Below are positions 32,792 through 45,067 of a stretch of 64,000 nt of DNA, piece by piece; within the stretch, counting starts at the first letter, position 1, and every line of letters begins with the position of its first letter. The stretch comes from Scyliorhinus canicula. Lineage: Eukaryota. The DNA lies in the NCBI RefSeq assembly GCF_902713615.1, contig NC_052162.1:114880742-114944741 (forward strand). The letters are read 5' to 3'. The position numbers and the translations under genes are program-made. The notes under the pieces were generated by a model. The model was not told where the DNA came from and ran no database searches. It was given only the letters and a program-made list of their open reading frames with translations.

Positions 32792-33487
32792 CTGGAGAAA
32801 CCGTGGAAATGTGGGGACTGTGGGAAAGGATTCAGGGCTCCATCTCAGCTGGAAGCTCATCGGCGCAGTCACACCGGGGAGAGGCCGTTCATCTGCTCTC
32901 AGTGTGAGAAGGGATTCACTACTTCATCGAGCCTGTGGACACACCAGCAAGTTCACATTGGGGAGAGGCTGGTCACTTGCTCTCAGTGTGAGAAGGGATT
33001 CACTACTTTAAAGAGCCTGCAGAAACATCAAAGACTTCACGCTGGGGAGAGGCCATTCACCTGCTCTCAGTGTGAGAAGGGATTCACGACTGCATCAAAC
33101 CTGCAGATACATCAGCGAGTTCACACTGGGGAAAGGCCGTTCACCTGCTCTCAGTGTGAGAAGGGATTCACTACTTCATCGAACCTTCGGAAACACCAGC
33201 GAATTCACACTGGGGAGAGGCCATTCATCTGCGCTCAGTGTGAGAAGGGATTCACTACTTTATCGAACCTGCAGATACACCAGCGAGTTCACACTGGGGA
33301 GAAGCCATTCACCTGTTCTCAGTGTGGGAAGGGATTCACTCAGTTATCCAACCTGCAGAGACACCAGCGAGTTCACAGGGAAGACGGCGTTAACCTGTTC
33401 TTGGTGAGAGAAGGGATTCAGATATCCATACACCCTGCAGGAACACTAGCGAGTTCACACCTGGAAGAAGCCATTCACCTGCTCTGA
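32792..33487 (+). pseudogene. ZNF-3: open frame of 7 intact C2H2 fingers starting at CTG instead of ATG (start-loss pseudogene or CUG-initiated gene)
   Basis: Manual translation (L)[39 protein letters not shown], 231 codons with no ATG; intron 29847-32434; decayed fingers after the frameshift at ~33378. Confidence 0.8.
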
Positions 33488-34544
33488 GCAGGGGAGACAT
33501 TCAATGACCCGTCCCAACTACGGAGACACTAGCAAGTTAATTCTGGGGAGAGACCATTCATCTGCTCTCAATGTGGGGAGGTGTTTTGTGATTCATCGCA
33601 CCTGTTGTGACTCCAACAAGTTCACAATAAATTCCAGATGTTGGCTCTGTTGTTATTGTTTCTGCTCTCACTGACATCCAGGACTGCATTTTGTTCATTC
33701 TGACATCTGGTGAATGGTGATGATTGGAGGGTTTCTTTCTGCTGGACTGGCCGGTCTAACACCTCTGCCTCCGGTGGGCTGACCATTTTTGAGGCTCGTT
33801 GCGATTACCTGGTTCCAAGTTTGACGAGGAGCACAGAATGAAAAGGTGTTTGCATGTTGGAAGATATTTAGTTCCCAAAGCAGCCACATTGCCTTGAAGA
33901 TGGGCTATGGTGGTTACATGGTTCTTTTGTCTAATTTATCTGGGTGTTTCTCACAGAAGGAAACTGTCATGGTTTGAGGGGCAAGTTGTCTGTGGTAGAT
34001 TGGGAAATTACAATAAACATATCACTGAAAGTGGCAATGCAGGTGGATAAGGTTGCTAAGAAGGCAGACGGCATGCTTGTCTTCATTGGTCGGGGCATTG
34101 AGTATAAAAATTGGCAAGTCATGCTGTAGCTGTACAGAACCTTAGTTAGGTCACACGTGGAATATTGCCTACAATTCTGGTCATCACATTACCAAAAGGA
34201 TATGTCACCCAAGTCAGGTCCAAGGCTGGAATCGAACCTGTGTCTCTGGTATTGTGAGCAGCTATACCACTGTGCCGCCAAACTATATTGCTTGAGTAGA
34301 GATGGGCGTGCGGGAAAAACTTTATTTAGGAGCAAGTTGTCAGGACTTCTAACTTCCTGTCTATGAGGTTGGCGGAAGCTGTGATGATTACTGATTTCAA
34401 AATGAAACAGCATGGGCGCATGATGGAACTAAACGTGCAGCGGAACATGGATATAGAGGGGTAATTGTACTGACTGGTTTGCTCAACAGATTCGGTATGG
34501 TTTCAAATTAATGAATGGATTCCTTATGTGCTATAATCACTCTG

Positions 34545-35750
34545 TGACTGGAAAAATATAACATTGATACACAACTATATCACAAAACTAAAAATAATAA
34601 CAAATATGTTTTATTACAGAACCATCAATGATATATCTAATCTGTACTATATAATAACAGTAGACATATCTGTTTCCGATAATTTACTGCCCTTCAATTG
34701 TCAGCCATCTCCTGGGGAAACCAGCCCTTTCATTGTGAACATTGGGAAAGAGACCATTTTAGCCAGACAAATAAATGTGTCAAGCTGAGGAGCAAAGGGC
34801 GTCAATTTCTTTAAGAGAGAGAGACCTGGGCCAAGCTTTGCAGAGTCTGCACCCTCCCTGGATTCACTTCCTTTCCCTTCAGTTGCTGCAAGTGACCAAT
34901 TGAAGGTGAGAATGAGAAAATAAATGGAATGGGGGAGAAAAGAAAGTGTTTTACTCACAGATGTTGGAGACAGGAGGAAGTTTACGTCTGTGTGGAGCTA
35001 AATTAGTCACACAAAGGCTGGAGGCGCAGAGTCCTTCCGGTGTCACCTCTTTCTATTGGTCAAAACCCGAGTGGAATGGTCAGGGGGTGGGCACTCAACT
35101 GCACATGCGCTGTTTCTCCTCTCTCTTGAACATGCGCAGGATCCTGGGCTTGCCGCACGGCGGCTAGTGCCATTTTCCCAGTGCGACGCCATTACTCATC
35201 CAGATCCCAGTCTCCAAACACCTGGGACAGTGTGCAAAAGTGGCGCGGGGCGCGGTGACCCCATCCTAATACAAAGTTCAACTGGGTGCTCACTGGATTT
35301 GTTTGTGACACGCCCTTGTGGGGGGCTGCATGGTAGCACAGTGGTTAACACTGTGGCTTCAGAGCGCCAGGGTCCCAGGTTGATTCCCAGCTTGGGTCAC
35401 TATCTGTGTGGAGTCTGCATATCCCTGTGTCTGAGGGGTTTCCTCCGGGTGCTCCGGTTTCCTCCCATAGTCCAAAGACGTGCAGGTTAGGGGGATTGGC
35501 CATGATAAAGCCACCAAAATGTTTGGAGGGGTTATTGTGTTACGGGGACAGCATTGAAGTTAGGGCTTAATTGGGTCTGTGCAGACTCAATGGGCTGAAT
35601 GGCCTCCTTCTGCACTGTATGTTCTATGTTAACAAAACAGTTTGTTAACTTCAGGTGTAAAGATTTAGACATCTGGGTGACATATTGGGGAGGGCAATAG
35701 GTGAGGATGAAACTTAACCCGGGAGTCAGCATCTTCAGGGGAGGAGAACT
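34545..35750 (-). promoter_or_regulatory. Orphan ZNF promoter + exon 1 + intron start (donor at 34958), split by a V-SINE at 35322-35630
   Basis: Inverted paralog of 4400-5450; no minus-strand ZNF exon immediately downstream. Confidence 0.7.
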
Positions 35751-35899
35751 GGGTGTTGGAGGGTGGGGTAGGGTGGATGGGATAAGGGTGAGGAACTGGG
35801 AGAGTATCTGCGTTTCCTTTGCTGTTTTGGAAATAAACCTGTTCAAGGTCCAACTCGGCTTTAGACCGATTCTTCCTCTGCAGACACTATTTTGAATGA

Positions 35900-36078
35900 T
35901 GTGAAGATGCCGGCGTTGGACTGGGGTGAGCACAGTAAGAAGTCTTACAACACCAGGTTAAAGTCCAACAGGTTTGTTTCGAATCACTAGCTTTCAGAGC
36001 GCAGCTCCTTCATCAGGCGAGTCACCTGATTCAAAACAAACCTGTTGGACTTTAACCTGGGTAAGACTTCTTACTATT
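35900..36078. mobile_element. Penelope-like palindromic element
   Basis: Inverted arms AGTAAGAAGTCTTAC..AAAGTCCAACAGGTTTGTTT at 35934-35979 / 36034-36075; second copy at 40405-40600. Confidence 0.7.
35981..36023 (-). ncRNA. Minimal type I hammerhead ribozyme motif
   Basis: Minus strand GACUCGC-CUGAUGA-A-GGAGC-UGC-GCUCU-GAAA-GC-UA-GUGAUUC: intact catalytic core, stems I and II pair, palindromic AGCU stem III. Confidence 0.65.
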
Positions 36079-37348
36079 TTGAATAACAAGGTAGCAGAGG
36101 ATCAACACAAAACTTTGGTGCTTTGTTGGTGTGTAAGAAGTTTTATTCGCTCTCTCTCTGAGAAGAAGCACATTGCTGCTGACATTTTAGTTACAGAATG
36201 GCAGAAGGACAGGCTTTGATAATCCATTGATTTGCTCGGAGGGAGAACAATATCAGGAATGGAACAGTGAGGCTGATATGTGGACATGGGTCACTTCCTT
36301 CCCTGAAAGAGGCTGGATAGGGCTTTGGCTTCATCATTAACAGCAAAATACAAGGTTATGAGGAAAGTATTTTTGGAATTCGTTGAGGATGATTTGGATA
36401 CTGGAAACTGATTGGATATTCCATTACCGTTTTGGATAAGTTGTATAAGAAGATAAGTTGTTGGAAGCATATGAAGCATTTGATTGATTTCAGGAAATAG
36501 CTGGTCATATTACGGTATATCATATGGACTTTGATAAGTCATGTAAGAGATGAAGGGGTTTCATCTTGAAATCCCGGGGTCTGTATTCTCAGTTAAGTTG
36601 CTCGATTGTGGAGGCATTTTTCATGCCGATAGCACTTTGTTGTTGATGTGAATTTCAATTCCATGGGAGAGACTCTCTTCTCATCATACTGCTCTTTAAA
36701 AGCACGTGTTATGGAAAATACTCATTTCCAAGTACTTTTGTATTAAATACAGAAAACCCACAGAGGTAAAGGATGGAGGATTCCATTGTGGCCGAGTTTC
36801 AAGATCGACAAAATATTAGCCACATATTCCAGAGGAAAGGTATGTTTGCTGATAGGTGATGTGAAAATAGTCAAACTGTTCATCAATTTGAAAGTTGAAG
36901 CAAAATATGGGTCTTGGATGGTCACCGGAGGTGTTTGAACCCGGGAAATGCATTGGGGATGATTAATCAGTGTTTTCATCATTGATTCTCAGTATCATTA
37001 TGTAATGAATTGTCCTCGGGGAAAGAACCATGTTTTTGAGTAACTATGAAACAGAAACTTCTGAGGCTGAGAATGGTGATGGTGATTGTTGTGGGACAAT
37101 CCAGTCCCCACCAGGAGGTACTCAGAATCAGGTTTCAAAGCTTTATTCCGATGTATGAAGGAAGAGACCAATTTTATATAATCTAAGACTGACTCACCAC
37201 CCACATTAAAGTCACCTCTTTTACACAGAGTTAGTCACAATACATTCTATGAAGCTGTTACTTACAGTCATGTGTGAATCATATGTCTCAAATTTCATTA
37301 TTGTTTATATAAATAAATGCATCAGAAGTTGTTCATATAAATTACTAT

Positions 37349-37760
37349 GAAGGGTGCTGAGATTGCCACATTAAGAGATCAGAATGTGCTAATGGCAGAA
37401 CAAAGGCACATTCTGATCTCTTAATGTGCCACTGTCAACACCCTTCTTGAGTTGGAGATGCCGGCGTTGGACCTTCTTAGTCATTATCACCACCTTTGAC
37501 TTTTTGTCCACGACGTATTTGTCAATCTCCACCTGCCACTGGCCCTCTGTCCAGCCCCACTGCTCCACGCCGCCACCCCTCACAACAGGAGAAATCTCAA
37601 TCTTATTTCCAGTTCCCTCCAGCTTTGACAAAGAGATATCCAGAGTCGAAACGGTTGCTCCATTCTCTCTCCACCAATGCTGGCAGTCCGGTGTGGGTGC
37701 CCAGCATTTTCTGTTTTGTTTCTGATTGAGCATCTGCAGTAATTAGCTTTTATCTTGGGT
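37349..37760. mobile_element. Penelope-type fragment with hairpin
   Basis: Perfect 23-bp inverted repeat 37367-37389/37406-37428; degenerate TTGACAA..GAAAC core; related fragment at 44850-45060 (-). Confidence 0.5.
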
Positions 37761-38660
37761 GCATTTAGGTGTTCCCTGTGTGTGAAGAGATTCACCCAGT
37801 TTTCCAATCTGTTGACACCCAGGTGAGTTCACTCCAGGGAGAGGCTGTTTAAACGTTGTGTGTGTGGTGTCATGCGAGTGTCCCTTGAAGAAAGGTTTTT
37901 GTCTTATCACATGGCTTCAGTGATGTCATTTTGTGTGTGGAGCTTCGCTGTCACTGTCAGGTGTTTGGTCTCAGTTTCATTTCGGAGGGCAGAGGAGGAA
38001 ATAAATGTTTATTCCCGATCTCTCTCTATTTTCATTTTAAATACCTGTTCTAGTAAAAAAAAACATTGCTTGTGGATACCTGCTTTGGTAACTTAAAATA
38101 TATAGTTTTATTTCCGGAAAGAGTTTAAATCTGCTAGTTCAGATTGGATCAAAATTTCAGGAAAAAGACCAGTCCCATTCAAGTGATAATGCAGTGTGCT
38201 GCACCACGCCCTTGAGTAGGGTTTTTTGGTTTATTGGATTTTGTTATTGAATTGGAACAGTTAAAGGGGAAATTCATTAAGTGTTCTACATAGATTACTG
38301 TAGCTGTGTGGCGCCTTTATATTTGTAATTGATAGTTCTTGCTGTTTTTAAGTATATGTGAACTATATTCTTCGAATAAACCTTGTTTTGATTAAGGTGT
38401 CTGGGGAGTCTGTTGAATCACACCTGAGGTGTAGGTTTTTCTGATCATCCTAGCCAAATTCAATATTAAGGTGGTAGATCAGGTTAACTCCATAATATAC
38501 TTTGGAGTTTCCTAAACCCTGGTTCATAACAGTGGAAAGGGAGTCACGGACTCCCTGACAATGTCCTGACACACCAGTGAATTTCTGTTTGAATGTAGGG
38601 GTTGGATTCTGCTGCTGCTGTTAATCACATCCAGGACTGAACCATGTTCACTCTGACAGT
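37758..38660 (+). pseudogene. ZNF remnant (two dead fingers + family 3' UTR) split by a solo LTR
   Basis: FRCSLCVKRFTQFSNLLTPR*VHSRERLFKRCVCG|KGVTDS..; then GGGGTTGGATTCTGCTG..ATCACATCCAGGACTGAACCATG, matching 44581-44640. Confidence 0.7.
37868..38531 (+). mobile_element. Solo LTR (~664 bp)
   Basis: TGTCATG...CATAACA termini, 4-bp TSD GTGG (37864-37867/38532-38535), internal AATAAA. Confidence 0.85.
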
Positions 38661-39899
38661 TGAGGTATTTTCTGTTGTTGTTAATAATCCCTGTAACTCC
38701 TGGAGTTTTAATATTTTGGATGAATTTCAAATAAATTATCTCTCGTGAGTTTTTCAAGTCCTTGATGTCAACGAAAGGAAAAGGTGGGTTTTAAGCAGAG
38801 TGTTGAAGGAGGAGAGAGAAGTCAAGGGAGGGAGGGAATTCCAGAGTTTAGGAACCTGGCAGCTGAAGACTGAAAGAGAGTCAGTCCTGGATTATGGGGG
38901 AGTCGAGTCTCTGGAGCGGAGACTTGAACCCACGACCTTCAGCCTCAAAGGCGAGAGTGTGAGACTGACTGAGGCATGGTGTTCGGGGAAGTGATGTGAA
39001 GTCTCAGTCTCATCCTTTCCCTGTCCTTTACCACATTCTAGGAACAGCAAATCGAGCTGAGAAACTGGGCAGTAACTAAAATGGAAAAGACAAAGGTTAC
39101 GAAAATAATCCTATTACCCAGCGAACAGTGTAATTGTGGAACTCGCTACCATGGGTAGTGGATGAGGTGGATAGTATTGATGTATCTCAGGGGAGACTGG
39201 ATGAAGAGAAGGAGAAGAGTGGTGAGAATGTGGAGCTCGCTGCCACACAGAGTGGTTGAGGTGAACAGTACAGATGTATGTAAGGGGAAGCTGGATAAAC
39301 AGATGAGGAAGAAAGCTGGAGCTTGATGAAGTAAAGTGGAAGGAGTCTCGTGTACAGTATAAATGAAAGGGACTGAATGGCCTGGTTCGGGTGCTGTACA
39401 TTCTGTGTGAAGAACTTGCATCACACAAGATTCCCACCTCAGCCAATGAAATACTTATTAAAAAAACATTTTAACATTTGATGTGTTTAAAACTTTGGTT
39501 GAGACGTGGTGTTTTAACAAAGAAAACATGCTCAAGTTTAGGGTGGGGATCTTAATGTTGAAACAGCACCACACTTATAAATGTAAAAATAGCGAGAATC
39601 AGAGGATAGGGGCTAAAGATCAGGAAATAGCCAAGTTAAAACCTGCCCAGAATGTAGCAGAATGGGCTGAGCAAGCTGATATGGACCAGGGTCTGTACAT
39701 ACTCTGAACTAAAGAGGTTTGTGTACACGCAGATATTGATCCGAAGGGCTTTTTGTATTCACAGACCCTGAAGCAGATAATTCCAAGTTGTCCTGAGGGA
39801 ATTTCAGGTGGTGCTGTTCCTATGTGTTTGCTGTCCTTGTCCTTTGACAGTCAAGGTTATGGGTTTAGAAGGTGATGTCAAAGGAGCACTGGTGAGCTC

Positions 39900-40242
39900 A
39901 TAAATCATAGAATTTACAGTGCAGAAGGACGCCATTCAGCCCATCGAGTCTGCACAGGCTTTGGAAAGATCACCCCACTTAAGCCCACACTTCCACCGTA
40001 TCCCTGTCACCCAGTAACCCCACCTAACGTTTTTGGACACTAAGGACAATTTACTTTGGCCAATCCACCTAACCTGCACATCTTTGGACTGTGGGAGGAA
40101 ACCAGAGCACCCAGAGGAAACCCACGCAGACGTGGGGAGAACGTGCAGACTCCACACAAACAATGACACAAGCTGGGAATTGAACCTGGGACCCTGGAGC
40201 TGTGAAGCAACTGTACTAACCACTGTGCTACCGTGCTGCCCC
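39900..40242 (-). mobile_element. V-SINE, long CR1-tailed form
   Basis: Full head, core and tail. Confidence 0.85.
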
Positions 40243-40404
40243 TATTACTGTGCTAACGTCCTGCCCTATCACTGTGCTACTGTGAAATATCTTGTAGATG
40301 GTACACACACTGCCACCATTGTGCTCTGGAGGTCAAGAGAGTCGCTGTTCAGGTGGTGGATGGGGTACTGAACAAGTAGATGCTTTGTCCTGTATAAAAC
40401 ATGT

Positions 40405-40600
40405 GGAGATGCCGGAGTTGGACTGGGGTGGGCATAGTAAGAAGTCTCACAACACCAAGATAAAGTCCAACAGCTTTATTTAAAATCACAAGCTTTCGGA
40501 GCACTGCTCACTTCACCTGATGAAGGACCAGTGCTCCGAAAACTTTTGATTTCAAATAAACCTGTTGGACTTTAACCTGGTGTTGTAAGACTTCTTACTG
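40405..40600. mobile_element. Penelope-like palindrome with degenerate hammerhead core (CTGATGA 40517, GAAA 40538)
   Basis: Paralog of 35900-36078; stem II has a mismatch and stem III is degraded. Confidence 0.65.
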
Positions 40601-41357
40601 TATAAACAGACTCCATAATTTAAATAAGACTGGCTGATAAATAATAATTATTGCCGAAAAAGGACTGTGACCGAGAAAATAAAACCAATTCAGTCCACTT
40701 GAAAAAAGATCTGCTCTTCAAAGATATATCAGAAGAAATCCCATTTGATGTTTGTAGTTGAATTTATTGCATCAGCAGCTCACTCAGGCACCAGACTGAC
40801 AAAGGCATTGATTGAACAATAGCTGGAAAAAATGATCTGAAATGTTCTGTGAGTGAAACTTCTCTCTTTATCCCAGAATAGACTATGTCAGAGTTAAAGG
40901 CAATATCAGGCTAAATTACATTGAATATACAGCACAGAAAAAGGCCATTCAGCCCAACCAATCTCTGCCAGTATTTCTACTTCACTTCATCCCCCTCCCA
41001 TGCTTTCCCATCTGACTCTGTCAGTGTATCTGTCTGTTTATTTCGTTCTCATGTGTTCATCGAGCTTCCTCTTCAATGTATCGATGTTATTCACTCCCAC
41101 CACTCACTGTGGTAGTGAGTCCCACATTCTCACTACTGTCTGGAAAGAAGATTCTCCTGAATTCAGTTTTGCTCTTACCCCCACAAGGGGAAACACCCAC
41201 AGTGTTTATCAAAAGCTTTGATAATTTTAATGACCTCAATTAGCCCATCAGCCTTACATTTCGAAGAGAGAAAAGTGACCAAGCCTATTCGTTGTGAACA
41301 TTGAGAATGGAAGACTCACCGAGAATGGGTGGGCTGGTCTGTATGAATTAGATAGAT

Positions 41358-42000
41358 GGGGCCTCACGGTAGCATGGTGGTTAGCATCAATGCTTCACAG
41401 CTCCAGGGTCCCAGGTTCGATTCCCGGCTGGGTCACTGTCTGTGTGGAGTCTGCACGTCCTCCCTGTGTGTGCGTGGGTTTCCTCCGGGTGCTCCGGTTT
41501 CCTCCCACAGTCCAAAGATGTGCGGGTTAGGTGGATTGGCCATGCTAAATTGCCCGTAGTGTAAGGTTAATGGGGTATACGGGTTACGTGGGTTTAAGTA
41601 GGGTGATCATTGCTCGGCACAACATTGAGGGCCGAAGGGCCTGTTCTGTGCTGTACTGTTCTATGTTCTATGTTCTATAGTCAATCAGACTGTTCATGAA
41701 CAGGTACTTGGTGTTGGGAGTAGTCGGGGAGTTCAAGTGGCCGTCTTCAATAAAACATTAATTTTCATTTGGCAGCACATTAAAAAAAAATAGAGCACCC
41801 AATTATTTTTTTCCAATTAAGGAGCAATTTAATGTGGCCAATCCACCTAACCCGCACATCTTTGGGTTGTGGGGTGAAACCCATGCAGACACGGGGAGAA
41901 TGTGCAAACTCCAAACGGACAGTGAGCCAGGGCCAGGATCAAACCCAGGTCCTCAGCACAGTAGGCAGCAGTGCTAACCACTGCACCACTGTGCAGCCCT
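41358..42000. mobile_element. Two V-SINEs (41358-41678 +, long form with TTCTATG tail; 41780-42000 -, short form)
   Basis: Heads, cores and tails visible. Confidence 0.8.
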
Positions 42001-42149
42001 CTTTAATAGCACATTTGACTTAATAAAATACGCCAAGGATTTTCCAGGATTATTGTAAAAGAAAGCTTCATGAAGGTTGCCCATGATCGTGATGTGACAC
42101 AAATTCTACATCTCATTCCCCAGATAATCTCTCCTTCCTATTGATTTCA

Positions 42150-42690
42150 ACACTAATTCATCCCATTATCTCCTCCTGCTTTCCCCCAAAATCTCCTCCC
42201 CTGAAGGCGCTGACTCTCGAAATCAGTTTCACACTAATCTATGGTCCTCTCCAATATTTCACCTAGGTGTCTAACATTTACACCTTAAGTTAACAAACTG
42301 TTTTGTTAAGGGGGCGCTACAATCAAATCCACTGACTACCCACATGTACTGTGTGTCAGGGTGGGGGTCATTCCCCCCGCACATTTCATCCCATTCCAAG
42401 GGATTTGGAGACTGGACTCCAGATGCGTAATCGCGGTCATAGCTCCCATAATTCACCGCGGTGAGGAAACCGCTCCATTTGCCGAGCGGGCGGCCCGGAC
42501 TGCGCATATCCCTGAGAGCGATGTGAAGCTGCGCATGTGCATAAAGGTCCCACCCCCTGACCTTTCTGCTGAGGTGTTGACCAATGGGAACAGTTGGAGG
42601 ACCGGAAGGACTCTGGTTCTGAAGGGAAAGGAATGAATCCAGGGAGGGTGCAGACTCTGCAAAGGTTGGCTCAGGTCTGTCGGTAAGTTT
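42150..42690 (+). promoter_or_regulatory. ZNF-4 promoter with deleted canonical exon-1 donor
   Basis: Upstream module as at 4445-4600, TGCGCATGTGC, CCAAT, CCGGAAG, then a direct junction into intron-module sequence at ~42620. Confidence 0.65.
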
Positions 42691-43565
42691 ACGGATTGTG
42701 AGAAAATTGGTGGTGGTAAATAGTGAGGAGGATAGTCTTTGGTTACAGGAGGATAATAATAATCTTTATTATTGACAAAAGTAACTCTGCAACGTCCATC
42801 TAATTCAATTAGAAATTATTGATCATTTCTGCTTGAGGACCTTCATAGGCAGAAAGTTCCAGATCATAATCAATCACTACCTCCTGTATCTTAACCAACT
42901 GAAACAATCCTATACATTAAACACAATTTTAGTCCTGTTACATATTTCTGTTAGGCTGGCAGCCTGCATGAAGATGTCCTGGGCTCTCTGGCCAGGACAG
43001 TAAGCATCGAGCATGGATCTGTCAATCAGCCTGAATCAGCACCTTCAGGAGAATTGGGAGGGTGAATATTAGATACAGCAGAGTGAGAATGGAGGGAGAG
43101 TGTGTGGGATGGAGATTTACAGCTTTTGGGAAATGAGAGAGGACCATAAAAACCAGAATGGTTTGTTCTGAAATTTTTTCCTGTACTGACAGTGATGTCT
43201 TTTGTAAACTCCTTTTAAGGATATCAGAAGAGGAAGAATTACAGACAGACATCTCAAACCAAACCTCTCATCTCGATCTGATAGATTCACTCAATTCACT
43301 GAGACTTGAAAATCATCGGCCTTTGAATTGAGAACGTGAAAGGTTTGTCTGTTGTGCCTGCTTCAGATGGTTTTAACCATCAGTGTGACGGGAAAATCAC
43401 CGAGACACACACATCTGAGTGAGAGTGTTCCAGAGCACTGACTGGGAAGAGCTTTCACCAGTTACACAAACTGAAAATAAACAGCAGGGAGACACCGTAC
43501 ACGAGTTCTGTTTTTGAGCCTTCAACTGATTGTCCAACCTGGAGAGACACAAGGACACCAGCACC

Positions 43566-44576
43566 ATGGAGAAACCATGGAAATGCCAGGACTGTGGGAT
43601 GGGATTTAGATTCCCATCTGTACTGGAAACTCATCGACGCATTCACACTGGAGAAAGGCCATTCACCTGCTCTCAGTGTGGGAAGGGATTCACTAAGTTA
43701 TCCGGCTTGCACAGGCACCAGCCAGTCCACGTTAGGGAGAAGCCATTCACCTGCTCCACATGTGGGAAGGGATTTAGTACTTCATCCGAACTGTATACAC
43801 ACCAACAAATTCACACTGGGGAGAAACCATTCACCCACAGTGAGTGTGGGAAGGGATTTACTCAGGTATCCAATAAGCTGGGCCACACTGTCACTCACAG
43901 CAATGAGAGACCCTTTAAGTGCTCTGACTGTGGGAGCAGCTTCAAACTGTCTCTCAAACTGATGAACCATCAGTGCATTCACACTAGGGAGAGACCGTTC
44001 AGCTGCTCTCACTGTACGAAGAGGTTTCAACACTCGTCCCATCTGCTGACACACCAGCTCCTGCACACCGGAGAGAGGCTGTTCACCTGCTCTCAGTGTG
44101 GAAAGGAATTCACTCTCATAAGCAACCTGCGGAGACACGAGCGAATTCACACTGGGGAGAGGCCATTTACCTGCTCTGATTGTGGGAAAGGATTCACTCG
44201 GATATCCCACCTACAGACACACCAGCGAATTCACAGTGGAGAGAGGCCATTCACCTGCTCTGACTGTGGGACAGGATTCACTCGGTTATCCCACCTGCAG
44301 GCACACCAGCGAGTTCACACTGGGGAGAGGCCATTCACCTGCTCTGAATGTGGGAAGGGATTCACTCAGCTACCCAATCTGCAGGCACACCAGCGAGTTC
44401 ACACTGGGGAGAGGCCATTCACCTGCTCTGAGTGTGGGAAGGGGTTCCCTCTCTTAGCCACGTTGCAGGCACACCAGCGTCTTCACACTGGGGAGAGGCC
44501 ATTCACGTGCACCGTGTGTGGGAAGGGATTCATTCGGCCAACACTTCTGCTGAGACACCAGCAAGTTCACGAGTGA
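43566..44576 (+). CDS. C2H2 zinc-finger protein ZNF-4, 12 finger units (finger 4 has C->H)
   Basis: ORF 43530-44576; accATGG start at MEKPWKCQDC; acceptor AG at 43218-43219. Confidence 0.88.
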   Translation: MEKPWKCQDCGMGFRFPSVLETHRRIHTGERPFTCSQCGKGFTKLSGLHRHQPVHVREKPFTCSTCGKGFSTSSELYTHQQIHTGEKPFTHSECGKGFTQVSNKLGHTVTHSNERPFKCSDCGSSFKLSLKLMNHQCIHTRERPFSCSHCTKRFQHSSHLLTHQLLHTGERLFTCSQCGKEFTLISNLRRHERIHTGERPFTCSDCGKGFTRISHLQTHQRIHSGERPFTCSDCGTGFTRLSHLQAHQRVHTGERPFTCSECGKGFTQLPNLQAHQRVHTGERPFTCSECGKGFPLLATLQAHQRLHTGERPFTCTVCGKGFIRPTLLLRHQQVHE

Positions 44577-45067
44577 TGACAGGGGTTGGATTCTGCTGTT
44601 ATTGCTGCTGTTAATCACATCCAGGACTGAACCATGTTCATTCTGACACTTGGTGAAATGGGAGGGTCGGAGGGTTTCTTTCTGCTGGACTGGCCAATCT
44701 CAAAACTTTGCTTCCAGTGGGCTGATGCTCTTTGAGCCTGGGTGAGCTCATTTCCACTGAAATAATCCACAAAAGCTGATGAAGGACATTTATTTTATCC
44801 TGAATAATAAATAGTGTTTCTCCCCCCACTGCAGGTAGGTCTAAATTAAATACAGAAAGAACTGGAAAAATGCAGCAGGTCTGGCAGCATCTGTGAGAGA
44901 GAAACAGAGTTAACGATTCATGTCCAATGTAACTCTACTTCAGAACTAAAGAGAGGGAGCAATGTGATGGGTTTGATGCTGGTGAGAAAGGGGGAGGGTC
45001 AGGTAGAACAAAAGAGAAAGTCAGGGATTGGTTGGAGGGTAGGTGAGATTAAATGACAAAAATGTCC

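Noticed and set aside
36080-37330. Possible gene or retroviral env remnant
   Set aside because: No sustained ORF or recognisable motif. There are only weak LTR-like signals on the minus strand, so it cannot be classified from sequence alone.
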